Source: Nitrospinaceae bacterium (GTDB taxonomy: Bacteria; Nitrospinota; Nitrospinia; Nitrospinales; Nitrospinaceae). Taken from it: a stretch of DNA of 64,000 bases. The notes under the pieces were generated by a model. That model had not been told where the DNA came from and did no database searches. It saw only the letters and a list, made by a program, of their open reading frames with translations. The DNA is taken from the NCBI GenBank assembly GCA_965237905.1, contig OZ250172.1, forward strand, positions 64,001 through 128,000, given 5' to 3'. This document shows positions 19,113-29,449 of this stretch, in pieces. The position numbers were made by a program, and so were the translations under genes. Positions within the stretch are counted from its first letter, which is position 1. Each line of letters opens with the position of its first letter.

Positions 19113-20567
19113 TTGAGTTTTTACAAAATTCCTTTTCGTAGTATTCGAATCATTTGCTTTAGAGCCATGGTCTCAGTGATTTTACTGGGTTTGTTGGTCG
19201 TTGGAAGCGGACTGAGTCCGGTTTGGGCTCAGGTATCGGAGAAAAAATCCAAAGCAACCACTGTAGACTCCTACGAAAAACTCAAAACGTTTTCGGAAAT
19301 TCTTTCGTTACTCGAAGCGAACTATGTGGAAAAACTGGATGCCAATGAGCTGATCGATGGCGCCATCCGAGGAATGCTTAAAACACTCGATCCTCATACG
19401 TCGTATCTGCCACCCGAGGCCTTTAAACAGATGAAAGTGGAAACTTCCGGCCGGTTCGGGGGCTTGGGAATCGAAATTACCATTAAAAAAGGGATCTTAA
19501 CGGTAGTGACACCGATCGAAGATACTCCCGCTTTCGACGCAGGCGTCAAGTCAGGCGACCGAATCATTAAGATTGAAGATGAATCTACTTTGGATATGAC
19601 CCTGTCCGATGCTGTGGAACGGTTGAGAGGCAAGATCGGTACCGACGTGGCTATAACCATCTTCCGCGAAGGAATGGAAGAACCGCTGAAGGTCACTCTG
19701 ACTCGTGCCAATATTCAAGTCAAGAGCGTTAAAAGTAAAATCTATGAGGGAAGTATTGGTTATGTAAGGATTAGAAGTTTTTCAAAAACGACCAGCCGTG
19801 ATTTGGACAAGGTGCTCAATAAGTTTCGGGAGAAGCAAGTTAAAAAATTGGTTTTGGATTTGCGCAACAACCCAGGGGGGTTGCTGAATCAGGCGGTCGA
19901 AGTGTCAGACCGTTTTCTCAAACCTGAAAACCTGATCGTGTATACCCAGGGTAGAACCGAAGAACAGAATATGAGGTTCACCACGCATGATCGCGTCCAA
20001 CGGGTTACCTATCCAATGATTATTCTCGTCAATGGCGGAAGCGCCAGCGCTTCTGAAATCGTTGCGGGCGCGCTTCAGGATTCCAACCGTGCCATCATCC
20101 TCGGAACCCAGACTTTCGGCAAAGGGTCTGTGCAAACGATTATCCCTCTCAGCGACGGCTCTGCTTTGCGGTTGACTACCGCCCGGTATTACACGCCCAG
20201 CGGACGGGTGATCCAGGAAAATGGGATCGTTCCCGACATCACCGTAGAGGTTCCTGTCGCCTCCGCAAAAACGGAAGAAGAGACTGATAAGAATAAAGAA
20301 GAGGTCAACGAAGAAAAAGTTAAAATGCGGAAATTCCTCCGGGAAAAAGACCTAAGACAACACCTTAAAGGCAAGAAAAGCTTTGGTGAAGAAGAATCTA
20401 AACCGCAGAGTGAAAAGAAATCTGAAGAAGAGTTAAAAAAGGGAGAGCTCATGGCTTCCCTGAAAGAGGACTTGGAAAAAGATATCCAATTAAAAGAGGC
20501 GATTGCTCTACTCAAAGGATGGTCGATTATGAGCAGAGTATTTAGTGGCGACTCGGCGAAAAATTAA
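19113..20567 (+). CDS. ctpA: S41 family carboxy-terminal processing protease
   Basis: Motifs LDPHT, PDZ GGLGIEI, DLRNNPGG, SASASEI and TFGKGSVQ. Confidence 0.95.
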   Translation: MSFYKIPFRSIRIICFRAMVSVILLGLLVVGSGLSPVWAQVSEKKSKATTVDSYEKLKTFSEILSLLEANYVEKLDANELIDGAIRGMLKTLDPHTSYLPPEAFKQMKVETSGRFGGLGIEITIKKGILTVVTPIEDTPAFDAGVKSGDRIIKIEDESTLDMTLSDAVERLRGKIGTDVAITIFREGMEEPLKVTLTRANIQVKSVKSKIYEGSIGYVRIRSFSKTTSRDLDKVLNKFREKQVKKLVLDLRNNPGGLLNQAVEVSDRFLKPENLIVYTQGRTEEQNMRFTTHDRVQRVTYPMIILVNGGSASASEIVAGALQDSNRAIILGTQTFGKGSVQTIIPLSDGSALRLTTARYYTPSGRVIQENGIVPDITVEVPVASAKTEEETDKNKEEVNEEKVKMRKFLREKDLRQHLKGKKSFGEEESKPQSEKKSEEELKKGELMASLKEDLEKDIQLKEAIALLKGWSIMSRVFSGDSAKN

Positions 20568-20691
20568 ACACTTTTAACGGCTCATAAAGAGTTTCCAGAG
20601 GGCGGCGGCCGGGTCAACAACCCGGCACCTACTTGGATTGTCCTATTCCCCCCTGATGTTTAACCATTCACCTCTAACATTTTAATTTGTC

Positions 20692-21702
20692 ATGCTGGTT
20701 TTGGGAATTGAAACGTCCTGTGACGAAACGGCGGCGGCCGTGCTGGAAGATGGAACTTCCCTTCGCTCCAATGTGATCGCATCTCAAGATGAGATCCATT
20801 CCAAATTCGGCGGAATTGTCCCCGAACTGGCCGGCCGTTCCCATGTCGAACGTATCCACCTGATTATACAAAAGGCGCTCAAAGATGCGGGCGTCCAGTT
20901 GAATGATATCGATCTCATTGCCGCCACTGCGGGTCCCGGACTGGTGGTGTCCCTTCTGGTGGGCTTGAACACCGCCAAGGCTCTGGCCTATTCCCTGAAG
21001 ATTCCAATCATCGGCATCAATCATCTGGAAGGGCATGTCCTGGCCATCTTCCTCCAACAGAAAGTGGAATTCCCTTTTCTGGCCTTGATCGTTTCCGGCG
21101 GGCACACGGATTTGTGCCGGGTCAACGGCTTCGGGCAATACCGCATACTCGGCCGCACCCGTGATGACGCCGCTGGAGAATCGTTTGATAAAGTCGCCAA
21201 GATGCTCGGCCTCGGCTACCCCGGCGGACCTATTCTCGAAAAAAAAGCGAGGCAGGGTAAGCCTCACACTCAAGTTTTCCCTCGTGCCTGGCTGGAAAAG
21301 GATTCTCTGGATTTCAGTTTCAGCGGATTGAAAACATCTGTCCGGAATACGCTTCTCAAGCGGGAGAATGGCAACGGTTTGTCCTGTTCGGACGAGGATA
21401 TTGCGGCCGGATTCCAGGAGGCCGTAGTCGACGTGCTGGTCCGCAAAGCCCTTTCGGCTTGTCGGCAGGAATCCCTGAAGCGGATAGTGGTCACCGGAGG
21501 TGTCGCCGCCAACGGATATCTCAGAGACCGTATGACCGAGGCCGCACGCAAGGAGGGTATTGAGGTATTCGTTCCCAAACCGATATTGTGTACGGATAAT
21601 GCCGCGATGATCGCCTGCGCCGGGTATTACCGTTCACAGCATTGCCCGCCCTCTGAAAACGATCCGTTTTCACTGGATGCTCATCCTAATTTGCCCTTTT
21701 AA
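20692..21702 (+). CDS. tsaD: tRNA N6-adenosine threonylcarbamoyltransferase
   Basis: Motifs LGIETSCDET, GGIVPE, HLEGH, SGGHT, DDAAGESFDK and CTDNAAMIA. Confidence 0.97.
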   Translation: MLVLGIETSCDETAAAVLEDGTSLRSNVIASQDEIHSKFGGIVPELAGRSHVERIHLIIQKALKDAGVQLNDIDLIAATAGPGLVVSLLVGLNTAKALAYSLKIPIIGINHLEGHVLAIFLQQKVEFPFLALIVSGGHTDLCRVNGFGQYRILGRTRDDAAGESFDKVAKMLGLGYPGGPILEKKARQGKPHTQVFPRAWLEKDSLDFSFSGLKTSVRNTLLKRENGNGLSCSDEDIAAGFQEAVVDVLVRKALSACRQESLKRIVVTGGVAANGYLRDRMTEAARKEGIEVFVPKPILCTDNAAMIACAGYYRSQHCPPSENDPFSLDAHPNLPF

Positions 21703-21716
21703 CGGATGATTGTTTT

Positions 21717-22715
21717 ATGAATGTTCTGGTTACCGGAGGCGGTGGATTTCTGGGAAGTCACCTCGCCCACCGGTTGCATGAAATGGGTCATCGCGTCTCG
21801 GTTCTGGGGCGCCGCCGGTATCCCGGCCTTCCTGAGAATATTATCCAGTTGCAAGCGGACCTGCGTGACCCGAAAGCCGTCTCCGAAGCCTGCCGGCAAC
21901 AGGACTCGGTGTTCCATGCCGGAGCCCTGCCGGGAATCTGGGGAACAAAAAAGGATTTTTACCAGACCAATGTGGATGGCACCCGCCATGTGATTGCGGG
22001 GTGTCTTGAACACGGAGTTCAGAAACTGGTGTTCACCAGTTCACCCAGTGTGATTTATAACCAGGCCGATATGGAAAATGTAGATGAATCCGCTCCATAT
22101 CCCTCCCATTACCTGTCCGATTATCCTCTAACCAAGGCGCTGGCAGAACAGACGGTCATAGCCGCCAATGGCCAGCAGGATCTGATGACCGTTTCTTTGC
22201 GGCCGCATTTGATCTGGGGCCCCGGCGATCCCCATCTGGTCCCGAGAATCATCGAACGGGCCAAAAAGGGTCAATTAGTCCGGGTAGGGGAGGGAACCAA
22301 CCGGGTGGATATTATTTATATCGATAACGCCGTGGAAGGCCATATCCGGGCCTGGCAGGCACTGGAGCCCGGTTCCCCTGTGGCCGGAAAATGTTACTTT
22401 CTCAGCGACGGCGAGCCCGTGGTTTTATGGGACTGGATCAACCAATTGCTCGCCTCCTTAGGGATCAATCCTGTGACGAAGAGTATTTCTTATGGCATGG
22501 CGAGGAATCTGGGATGGATTCTGGAGGGAGTTTATCGCGTCTTCGGACTTGCGGAAGAGCCGCGGATGACCCGTTTCCTTGCCGGGCAGTTGGCGACCTC
22601 TCACTACTTTGACATTAGCGGTGCCAGGAGGGATTTTAATTACGAGATCATGGTTTCCCCTGAGGAAGGGATGAAACGCCTGCTCAAGTCGCTTCAGGTT
22701 CCCCTAGAAGGTTGA
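21717..22715 (+). CDS. NAD-dependent epimerase / 3-beta-HSD family, OleD-like reductase
   Basis: Motifs TGGGGFLG, TSSPSV, YPLTK (YxxxK) and LRPHLIWGPGDPHLVPR. Confidence 0.88.
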   Translation: MNVLVTGGGGFLGSHLAHRLHEMGHRVSVLGRRRYPGLPENIIQLQADLRDPKAVSEACRQQDSVFHAGALPGIWGTKKDFYQTNVDGTRHVIAGCLEHGVQKLVFTSSPSVIYNQADMENVDESAPYPSHYLSDYPLTKALAEQTVIAANGQQDLMTVSLRPHLIWGPGDPHLVPRIIERAKKGQLVRVGEGTNRVDIIYIDNAVEGHIRAWQALEPGSPVAGKCYFLSDGEPVVLWDWINQLLASLGINPVTKSISYGMARNLGWILEGVYRVFGLAEEPRMTRFLAGQLATSHYFDISGARRDFNYEIMVSPEEGMKRLLKSLQVPLEG

Positions 22716-23451
22716 TGCGGTGGGCCAGGCAACCGGCACCGAATCCGTTTTCAATATTGACCACCGAGACGCCCGGCGCACAGGAGTTGAGCATGGTCAA
22801 CAAGGCGGCCAGTCCCTCGAATGCGGCCCCATAACCGATCCGGGTGGGAACGGCAATGATCGGACACTCCACCAGCCCGCCGACGACGCTCGCCAGGGCT
22901 CCATCCATTCCCGCCGCTACGATGATCACCCGCGCCTCCCGCAACCGGTCCATTTTATCCAGAAGACGGTGAATTCCCGCCACGCCGACATCATAGGCGG
23001 TTTCGACCCGGCTCCCGAGAAGTTCGGCGGTGGCTACCGCCTCCTCGGCAATCGGGATATCCGAAGTTCCGGCGGTGAGGACTAAAATATGACCGGCTTT
23101 TTTCTTTTTGGGTTTTCTCTGGAGAACCAGAGTCCGGCCTTCTGGATTGTAATGAGCCTGAGAGGGGAGGTCGGATTGGATTTGCTGATGCACCTCGGGA
23201 GAAAGGCGGGTCGCCAAAATATCGGTTTCGGCTTGATCCATTTTGCGGATGAGGGTCAGAATCTGATCCGGAGTTTTGCCCTCACAATAAATTACCTCCG
23301 GCATACCGTTGCGAAGAGACCGGTGATGATCCACCTGCGCAAAACCCAAATCCTCGTAAGGCAGATTTTTTAAACGCTCGTAGGCTGTTTGTGGCTCAAT
23401 TTTTTTTTCGTACAAATCCTGGATCAATTGTTGCAGGGATTCTCGATTCAT
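22684..23451 (-). CDS. larB: Nickel pincer cofactor biosynthesis protein LarB
   Basis: Motifs DHHRSLRNGMPEVIYCEGK, AGTSDIPIAEEA, DVGVAGIHRL, AGMDGAL and MLNSC. Confidence 0.95.
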   Translation of the reverse strand: MNRESLQQLIQDLYEKKIEPQTAYERLKNLPYEDLGFAQVDHHRSLRNGMPEVIYCEGKTPDQILTLIRKMDQAETDILATRLSPEVHQQIQSDLPSQAHYNPEGRTLVLQRKPKKKKAGHILVLTAGTSDIPIAEEAVATAELLGSRVETAYDVGVAGIHRLLDKMDRLREARVIIVAAGMDGALASVVGGLVECPIIAVPTRIGYGAAFEGLAALLTMLNSCAPGVSVVNIENGFGAGCLAHRINLLGEPEAT

Positions 23452-24476
23452 TTCAGCCCTTTGATTCCTGTAAACTCAGAAGTCGTCTCGACGTTCATTA
23501 CATCTTGCAGGGCCTGTTGCGGGGATTTCCTCTCATGAAGAACGCGGTAGGTCTCCTCAATAATGGACGCCTGAATATCGAATTTGTTTTTGAGTTGATA
23601 GGCAGAGGTGACGGTGCGTATTCCTTCGGCCACCATTTTCATGTTGGCGGTAATTTCACTGAGCTTCTGTCCCTGGCCCAACTTCAGTCCCACCGTACGG
23701 TTGCGGCTGAGATCGCCTGTGCATGTTAACACCAGATCGCCCATGCCTGATAAACCCGCAAACGTTTCGGGCCTCGCGCCCATGGCGGTCCCAATCCGGA
23801 TAATTTCCACCAGCCCGCGATTGATCAATGCCGCTCTGGGATTAAAACCCAGTTGCAGTCCGTCGGCTATTCCGGTAGCGATAGCGATGACGTTCTTGAG
23901 TGCTCCGCCAATTTCCACTCCCATCAAATCGGTACTGGTAAACACTTTTAGTTTATCCGTGTCAAAAATAGCCTGCACCCTTTCGGCGGTTTCCTGCCTG
24001 TTGGCGGCCGCGACAATGGCCGAGGGGATTCCCTGGGCGACTTCCCTGGCAAACGTGGGCCCCGACAAGGTTGCCAGGGAATCGAAAGCAGGGAGCGTCT
24101 CTTCGATGACTTTATGAATCGGAAGGAGTGATTCGTTCTCGATTCCCTTGCTGGAATTAATGATTAAACAATCGGGATCGATAAATGCCTTCACAGTATT
24201 CAGGGTAGACCGTAAGACATGAGTCGGGACCACTACCAGAATAATTTTTTTATTCGCCGCCACTTCCTGTAACGAGTGGGAGGGATGAATGGCATCCGGA
24301 AGTTGGAAGCCTGGCAGATAAACCCGGTTTTCCCGCTCCCGGTTCATAACGTCACAGAGGTCCTTTTCATAGACCCAAAGGTCGACCCGATGACCCTCTC
24401 CGGCCAACAAAAGAGAGAGCGCTGTTCCCCAGCTCCCTGCACCAATAACACCTATTGCTAAAGAAGGATTTACCAT
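23448..24476 (-). CDS. gpsA: NAD(P)H-dependent glycerol-3-phosphate dehydrogenase
   Basis: Motifs GAGSWGTAL, SKGIE, SGPTFAREV, GGALKNV and GDLVLTC..LSRN. Confidence 0.97.
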   Translation of the reverse strand: MVNPSLAIGVIGAGSWGTALSLLLAGEGHRVDLWVYEKDLCDVMNRERENRVYLPGFQLPDAIHPSHSLQEVAANKKIILVVVPTHVLRSTLNTVKAFIDPDCLIINSSKGIENESLLPIHKVIEETLPAFDSLATLSGPTFAREVAQGIPSAIVAAANRQETAERVQAIFDTDKLKVFTSTDLMGVEIGGALKNVIAIATGIADGLQLGFNPRAALINRGLVEIIRIGTAMGARPETFAGLSGMGDLVLTCTGDLSRNRTVGLKLGQGQKLSEITANMKMVAEGIRTVTSAYQLKNKFDIQASIIEETYRVLHERKSPQQALQDVMNVETTSEFTGIKGLK

Positions 24477-24659
24477 AGAGTTTCGACAAGATTAACGTTT
24501 AAGGTGGGTTCGAAAAACCCAGAAATCCGATTTTGAATTCTATTTTACCTGAATTAAGGCGGGGAAACGGACTTGTTATAGCAAATACTTTGTGATTAAA
24601 TCAAATTCACTTTAAACAAGGGATTGTTTTACTCCCGCTTCAAATTATTATCCACAATA

Positions 24660-25340
24660 ATGGCTCAAGATACCAAATTAAAAAGAAAAGACCTGAAAGA
24701 ACCAGATCAATTTCTGGTGGCGAGCAGTGAGTTTCTTGATTTCTTAAATCGAAACAAATCCATGCTTGTCGGTGTGCTGGTTGGGATATTAGTGATAGTG
24801 GGCGGATTTTTGTTTGTGACTCATCAGAGAAGTTCCGAAAGTCTGAGAATGGAATCGCTCTACTTTCAAATGACCCAACTGGTGGAAGGAGAAGAGGAAC
24901 TCACGGGCGAACAACTGATTCCCAAATTGAAATCCCTTTTGGCGCAGTTTGAAGAAGGCGACCAGAAATTAAGAGCGAGTCTGTTGCTGGGGGGTGCTCA
25001 ATATCAAAATAAAAATTATGATGACGCTCTTTCATCGTTTAAACTGGTATTGGATGGAGCGCAGCCAGGAACGCTTAATTTTTATATGGCTCAATCTGGA
25101 ATGGCTTATTCATATGAAGGTAAAAAAGATTTCAACAATGCCATTACCCATTACAAAAATATTATAGACCATCCGGGGCAGTCGCCGCTGTTTTATACTT
25201 ACCTTGGATTGGCACGGTGTTATGAGTTGGCGCAGGATCCCAAAAATGCCCTATTGATTCTGCGTGAGATGCAAACCAAATTTCCAAAACATGCCGGCCT
25301 GGAGAAAGCAAATCTCTCTCTCAAGCGGTTGGAAGGCTAG
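24660..25340 (+). CDS. YfgM-like membrane-anchored tetratricopeptide repeat protein
   Basis: RKDLKEPDQF N-terminus, a single TM helix and TPR-like helices. Alternative TTG start at 24624. Confidence 0.8.
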   Translation: MAQDTKLKRKDLKEPDQFLVASSEFLDFLNRNKSMLVGVLVGILVIVGGFLFVTHQRSSESLRMESLYFQMTQLVEGEEELTGEQLIPKLKSLLAQFEEGDQKLRASLLLGGAQYQNKNYDDALSSFKLVLDGAQPGTLNFYMAQSGMAYSYEGKKDFNNAITHYKNIIDHPGQSPLFYTYLGLARCYELAQDPKNALLILREMQTKFPKHAGLEKANLSLKRLEG

Positions 25341-25363
25341 GCATCATTTCATGAGCTCCCCTT

Positions 25364-26446
25364 ATGAGGTCTTTTAAACACAGGGTCCACACCACCAGCA
25401 TATTCCTTCTCCTTTCAGGTTTGATTTTTCTATTCCTTCCTGCTCCTTCCTTTTCCGTTCCGTTTATCAGTAAAGACACCGAATTGGCCATGGGCCAGGA
25501 GGCGGACAAACAAGTCATTGCTCAATTCGGATTGTATGGTGACAAGAGTCTGCAGTTATACGTTAATGAAATCGGTCAAAAACTGGTTTCTAATTTGTCC
25601 GACAAGGAATTCAACAAGTATTTTTTCAAGGTCGTGGACAGCTCGGAGATTAATGCCTTTGCTTTACCGGGCGGATATATCTATGTCACCCGGGGAATTT
25701 TGGCGACGATCAACAGCGAGGCCGAACTGGCCGGCATCCTGGGGCATGAAATCGGCCATGTCACCCAGCATCATGGCGCCAAGCAGATTGTTCGAACCAT
25801 CGGAGCCCAGATACTCGCCATCGGTGCGGCTGTTGCTAATCCCAAAAATGCGGGACAATGGCTGATCCTCAGTAGCCAGATGTTCAATCAGATCAACCTG
25901 GGTTACGGACGCGATGCGGAACTGGAATCCGACGCGCATGGTCTATTGTCAGCCTATCAGGCGGGTTACGATCCGCGTGGTATGGTCGATTTCTTAAAAG
26001 GTCTGCGCCAACATGAAATGATGTCCGGTCAATCCTATCATAGCTTTCAGGCCACCCACCCGGACACCAAAGAGCGGATCATCAAAACTGGCAGTTTGTC
26101 CGAGTCTATTATCAATCGTAAAGAGAACTCCGTAACGAAGAACCGAAAAGAGTATTTGAACCATATCCGGGGCCTGTCCTTTGGCGGAAAAAAGCACAAC
26201 AGAGACAGAAGAAATTATAAGAAAAAACATGTTGATGTTTATGAGGTCCAGCCTGGGGATACCTTCAAGAGCATCGCCATGAAGGAACTGGGAGATGAAC
26301 GGGAGGACTTGACGATTGCGGTTATGAATGGGAAACGCATGGAGGATTCCCTTGAGCCCGGCGAGTTTTTAAAGCTGGTGCGCCCAGGACCTTATCACAA
26401 AGACAAGATTCTTGAGATACGCCCCGATATCAATACAACACAATGA
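25364..26446 (+). CDS. M48 family metallopeptidase (BepA-like) with C-terminal LysM-like domain
   Basis: Motifs INAFALPGG, LGHEIGH, ELESD and THP, then YEVQPGDTF. Confidence 0.92.
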   Translation: MRSFKHRVHTTSIFLLLSGLIFLFLPAPSFSVPFISKDTELAMGQEADKQVIAQFGLYGDKSLQLYVNEIGQKLVSNLSDKEFNKYFFKVVDSSEINAFALPGGYIYVTRGILATINSEAELAGILGHEIGHVTQHHGAKQIVRTIGAQILAIGAAVANPKNAGQWLILSSQMFNQINLGYGRDAELESDAHGLLSAYQAGYDPRGMVDFLKGLRQHEMMSGQSYHSFQATHPDTKERIIKTGSLSESIINRKENSVTKNRKEYLNHIRGLSFGGKKHNRDRRNYKKKHVDVYEVQPGDTFKSIAMKELGDEREDLTIAVMNGKRMEDSLEPGEFLKLVRPGPYHKDKILEIRPDINTTQ

Positions 26447-26459
26447 TTTATAACGTTCA

Positions 26460-26654
26460 ATGGCTGAAACTCTGGAGTTGGATAAAACCACTACAGTCCA
26501 TTTGACCGCCAATGGGGAGATGTGTAACCGGCTGGCCCGTGGGACCCGGATTGTCCCAGTCGGGAGAAAAGGGGATTGGGTTAAAATCACCTGGAGAAAA
26601 GGCAAAAAAAAAGGCTGGATTTTTTCCCCGAATCCTAGTATTAAAATCACCTGA
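26460..26654 (+). CDS. Small SH3b-like domain protein
   Basis: LARGTRIVPVGRKGDWVKI...KGWI matches the bacterial SH3 pattern. Confidence 0.65.
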   Translation: MAETLELDKTTTVHLTANGEMCNRLARGTRIVPVGRKGDWVKITWRKGKKKGWIFSPNPSIKIT

Positions 26655-26695
26655 ATTTCAGATTACCTCTTTGGCTATTATTTTTCGGGTGCGTT

Positions 26696-26884
26696 ATGAC
26701 TGACTCAAGCGTTGAAAATCTGGATGACGAAGAATTGTTGATGTACTACGAAACGACTAAGAAATTTTTGGAAAGCAAAATGAAGGAAAGCGAATCCCAA
26801 AATGGAAAAGTCGGAATTCTGCAACAAAAACTTGAACACATCGAAGATGAGTTGAAGTCGAGAAGCCTTTGGGAAGCAGAATAG
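26696..26884 (+). CDS. Small hypothetical coiled-coil protein
   Basis: 62-aa acidic, helical ORF filling the gap before the terminator. Confidence 0.6.
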   Translation: MTDSSVENLDDEELLMYYETTKKFLESKMKESESQNGKVGILQQKLEHIEDELKSRSLWEAE

Positions 26885-26913
26885 TTTTCCCGAGCACCCA
26901 TTCATTTTTAAAG

Positions 26914-26946
26914 AAAAAAACGGGCAGACCCAAAGGTCTGCCCGTT
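26914..26946 (-). terminator. Intrinsic terminator downstream of aconitase
   Basis: AACGGGCAGACC-caaa-GGTCTGCCCGTT hairpin with a T-tract on the minus strand. Confidence 0.85.
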
Positions 26947-26970
26947 GATCATTGAACAATTATTTGTATA

Positions 26971-29220
26971 TTACACACCCGCTTTTTGAGCTCCAACATA
27001 ATTCAGGGCAGAACCCGCATAGAACCATTGAATTTCGCCTTCATTCAACGCATGGTTCAATTGGATTTTTTCCGTTGAACCATCCTCATGCGTCACCGTC
27101 ATGGTCACTACCTGGCCGGGTTTGAGTGCATCCAGCCCTTCAAAGGAAATAGCGTCTTTCTGCTGGATTTTCTCATAATCACCCTTGTTCGAGAAGGTAA
27201 ACGGTAGAAGGCCCTGTTTCTTGAGGTTCGCCTCAAAAATCCGGGCAAAGGATTTGGCGATAATCGCCCGGCCACCCATATGGCGCGGCTCCATGGCGGC
27301 ATGCTCGCGGCTGGAACCCTCACCGATGTTTTCATCGGCGAAGACGACCCATCCTTCTCCTTTGTCCTTGTAGTGCCGGGCGATTTTGTTTAACTCGTCG
27401 GTTTCACCCGTCATCAGGTTATTGCCTTTGCCGGTTTCATCGTAATAGGAGTTGTTGGCACCCAAGAACAGGTTGTTGCTGATGTTGTCCAGGTGACCGC
27501 GGAACTTCAACCACGGACCGGCCTGCGAGATATGGTCGGTGGTGCATTTTCCCGCTGCTTTGAACAGCACCTTGAGGTTTTTATAATCCGTCACCGGATC
27601 CTGTTTCGGAAACGGTGCCAGGAGGGACAACCGTTCGCTCTTGGGATCAACGACAACTTCCCCCGACATAGTGGGAGCCATGTATCCGCTGTCCTTGGTG
27701 GCGTATCCCTGGTTCGGGTAAACCTCCCCGGTGGGTGGCTCAAACTTAAAATTGCCGATCGAGTCGGTCATGGGATTGAACTTCATGCTCCCTCCGAAAG
27801 CCATGGCGACCACGACCTCCGGACTGCTGATAAAGCTCAACGTTTCCGCGCTTCCGTCATTCCTTTTGGCAAAATTGCGGTTGTAAGAACTGATGATGCT
27901 GTTGGGTTCACCTTTTTTGACATCCTCCCGCTTCCACTGGCCGATACAGGGTCCGCAGGCGTTCGCCAGTACAGTGCCTCCAACATCTTCAAAATCCTTC
28001 AGGATTCCGTCCCGGCTGATCGTCTCAAAAATCCGCTCCGATCCGGGAGTCACCAGAAATTTAGATTTTGCCTTCAATCCCGCCTTTTTGGCCTGGCGGG
28101 CCAGACTAACGGCGCGGGTCAGATCTTCATAACTGGAATTGGTACAAGATCCGATCAATGCGGCCGACAATTTTTCCGGATATTTATTTTTGTCGACATC
28201 GGAAGCCATCTGCGAAATAGGACGTCCCAGGTCGGGAGTGTGCGGTCCGACGATATGCGGCTCCAGGGTGGACAGGTCAATTTCATGAATTTCGTCGTAA
28301 TATTTTTCAGGATCTTTTTCGACCTCCGGATCGGAAATCAAGTGTTCGGCGAATTTTTTACAGAGATCAGCCACGGTATCGCGCTCCGTTTTGCGGAGGT
28401 AGACGTCCATGCTCTCGTCATAGCCGAAGGTCGAGGTGGTGGCGCCAATTTCCGCCCCCATATTGGTGACGGTGCCTTTGCTGGTGGCGCTCAGGGATCG
28501 TGCGCCTTCACCAAAATATTCCAGAATTTTTCCGGTACCGCCTTTAACCGTCAACATGGTGGCCACCTTCAGGATGATATCCTTGGAAGCCGTCCAGCCG
28601 CTCAGTTTGCCGGTCAGTTTGGTGCCCACCAGTTTTGGCATCCGCGTCGCGAATTTCTGGCCGGTCATGACATCCACCGCATCGGCCCCGCCGACTCCGA
28701 TGGCAATCGTCCCCATTCCTCCGGCATTCGGAGTGTGAGAATCGGTACCAATGATCATGGTGCCGGGAACGGCATAATTCTCGAACACCACCTGGTGAAT
28801 AATGCCGGAACCGGGTTTCCAGAATCCCATGCCGTACTTCATGGCGGCAGACTCGAGAAAATCGTATACTTCCTTGTTGGTTTCAATAGCTGCTTTGAGA
28901 TCCGCCGAGGAGCCGGTAGAGGCTTGGATGAGATGGTCGCAGTGAACGGTGGTGGGAACCGCGACTTGGGGCATTTGGGCTGACATGAATTGCAAAATGG
29001 CCATCTGCGCGGTGGCGTCCTGCATGGCCACCCGGTCCGCATTTAAATAGATATCGGATTTTCCCCGTTCCAGTTTGGAAAAGTCAGTATCGGCATCCAT
29101 ATGCGAATAAAGAATTTTCTCCACAATGGTTAATTTCCGGCCCAGATTACTGCGGGCGGCGCTCAGGGATTTATCCATGGATTGAAACAATTTTTCAATG
29201 GGTGCTGGATCCAATAACAT
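26971..29220 (-). CDS. acnA: Aconitate hydratase (mitochondrial-type)
   Basis: Motifs DRVAMQDATAQMA, VHCDHLI, GTDSHT, IGSCTNSSYED, NACGPCIGQW, CTTDHIS and GSSREHAA. Confidence 0.96.
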   Translation of the reverse strand: MLLDPAPIEKLFQSMDKSLSAARSNLGRKLTIVEKILYSHMDADTDFSKLERGKSDIYLNADRVAMQDATAQMAILQFMSAQMPQVAVPTTVHCDHLIQASTGSSADLKAAIETNKEVYDFLESAAMKYGMGFWKPGSGIIHQVVFENYAVPGTMIIGTDSHTPNAGGMGTIAIGVGGADAVDVMTGQKFATRMPKLVGTKLTGKLSGWTASKDIILKVATMLTVKGGTGKILEYFGEGARSLSATSKGTVTNMGAEIGATTSTFGYDESMDVYLRKTERDTVADLCKKFAEHLISDPEVEKDPEKYYDEIHEIDLSTLEPHIVGPHTPDLGRPISQMASDVDKNKYPEKLSAALIGSCTNSSYEDLTRAVSLARQAKKAGLKAKSKFLVTPGSERIFETISRDGILKDFEDVGGTVLANACGPCIGQWKREDVKKGEPNSIISSYNRNFAKRNDGSAETLSFISSPEVVVAMAFGGSMKFNPMTDSIGNFKFEPPTGEVYPNQGYATKDSGYMAPTMSGEVVVDPKSERLSLLAPFPKQDPVTDYKNLKVLFKAAGKCTTDHISQAGPWLKFRGHLDNISNNLFLGANNSYYDETGKGNNLMTGETDELNKIARHYKDKGEGWVVFADENIGEGSSREHAAMEPRHMGGRAIIAKSFARIFEANLKKQGLLPFTFSNKGDYEKIQQKDAISFEGLDALKPGQVVTMTVTHEDGSTEKIQLNHALNEGEIQWFYAGSALNYVGAQKAGV

Positions 29221-29449
29221 TGAACACTCTCCTTACACGATTAGTTTTTTTGTTGATATAATGGCTCCCCAATTACTGGAAACCGAACACAGGTTGGGGA
29301 AGTTTCGATGGTCAGGTCAATTTTGAAAGGCTTGATTCTGCCATGAAACCATTGAAAATTCAATTATTTTAAGGATAGGGCTTTTCTTTTGATATCTCGT
29401 TTAACTATAATTATTTTAATCAGTTAACAATAATTTATTAAGGTAAATT

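Noticed and set aside
27493..28983. 496-aa ORF on the + strand
   Set aside because: It is the antisense shadow of the highly conserved aconitase gene and has no recognisable motifs. The same applies to the many shorter antisense ORFs over glyA, hemA and transketolase.
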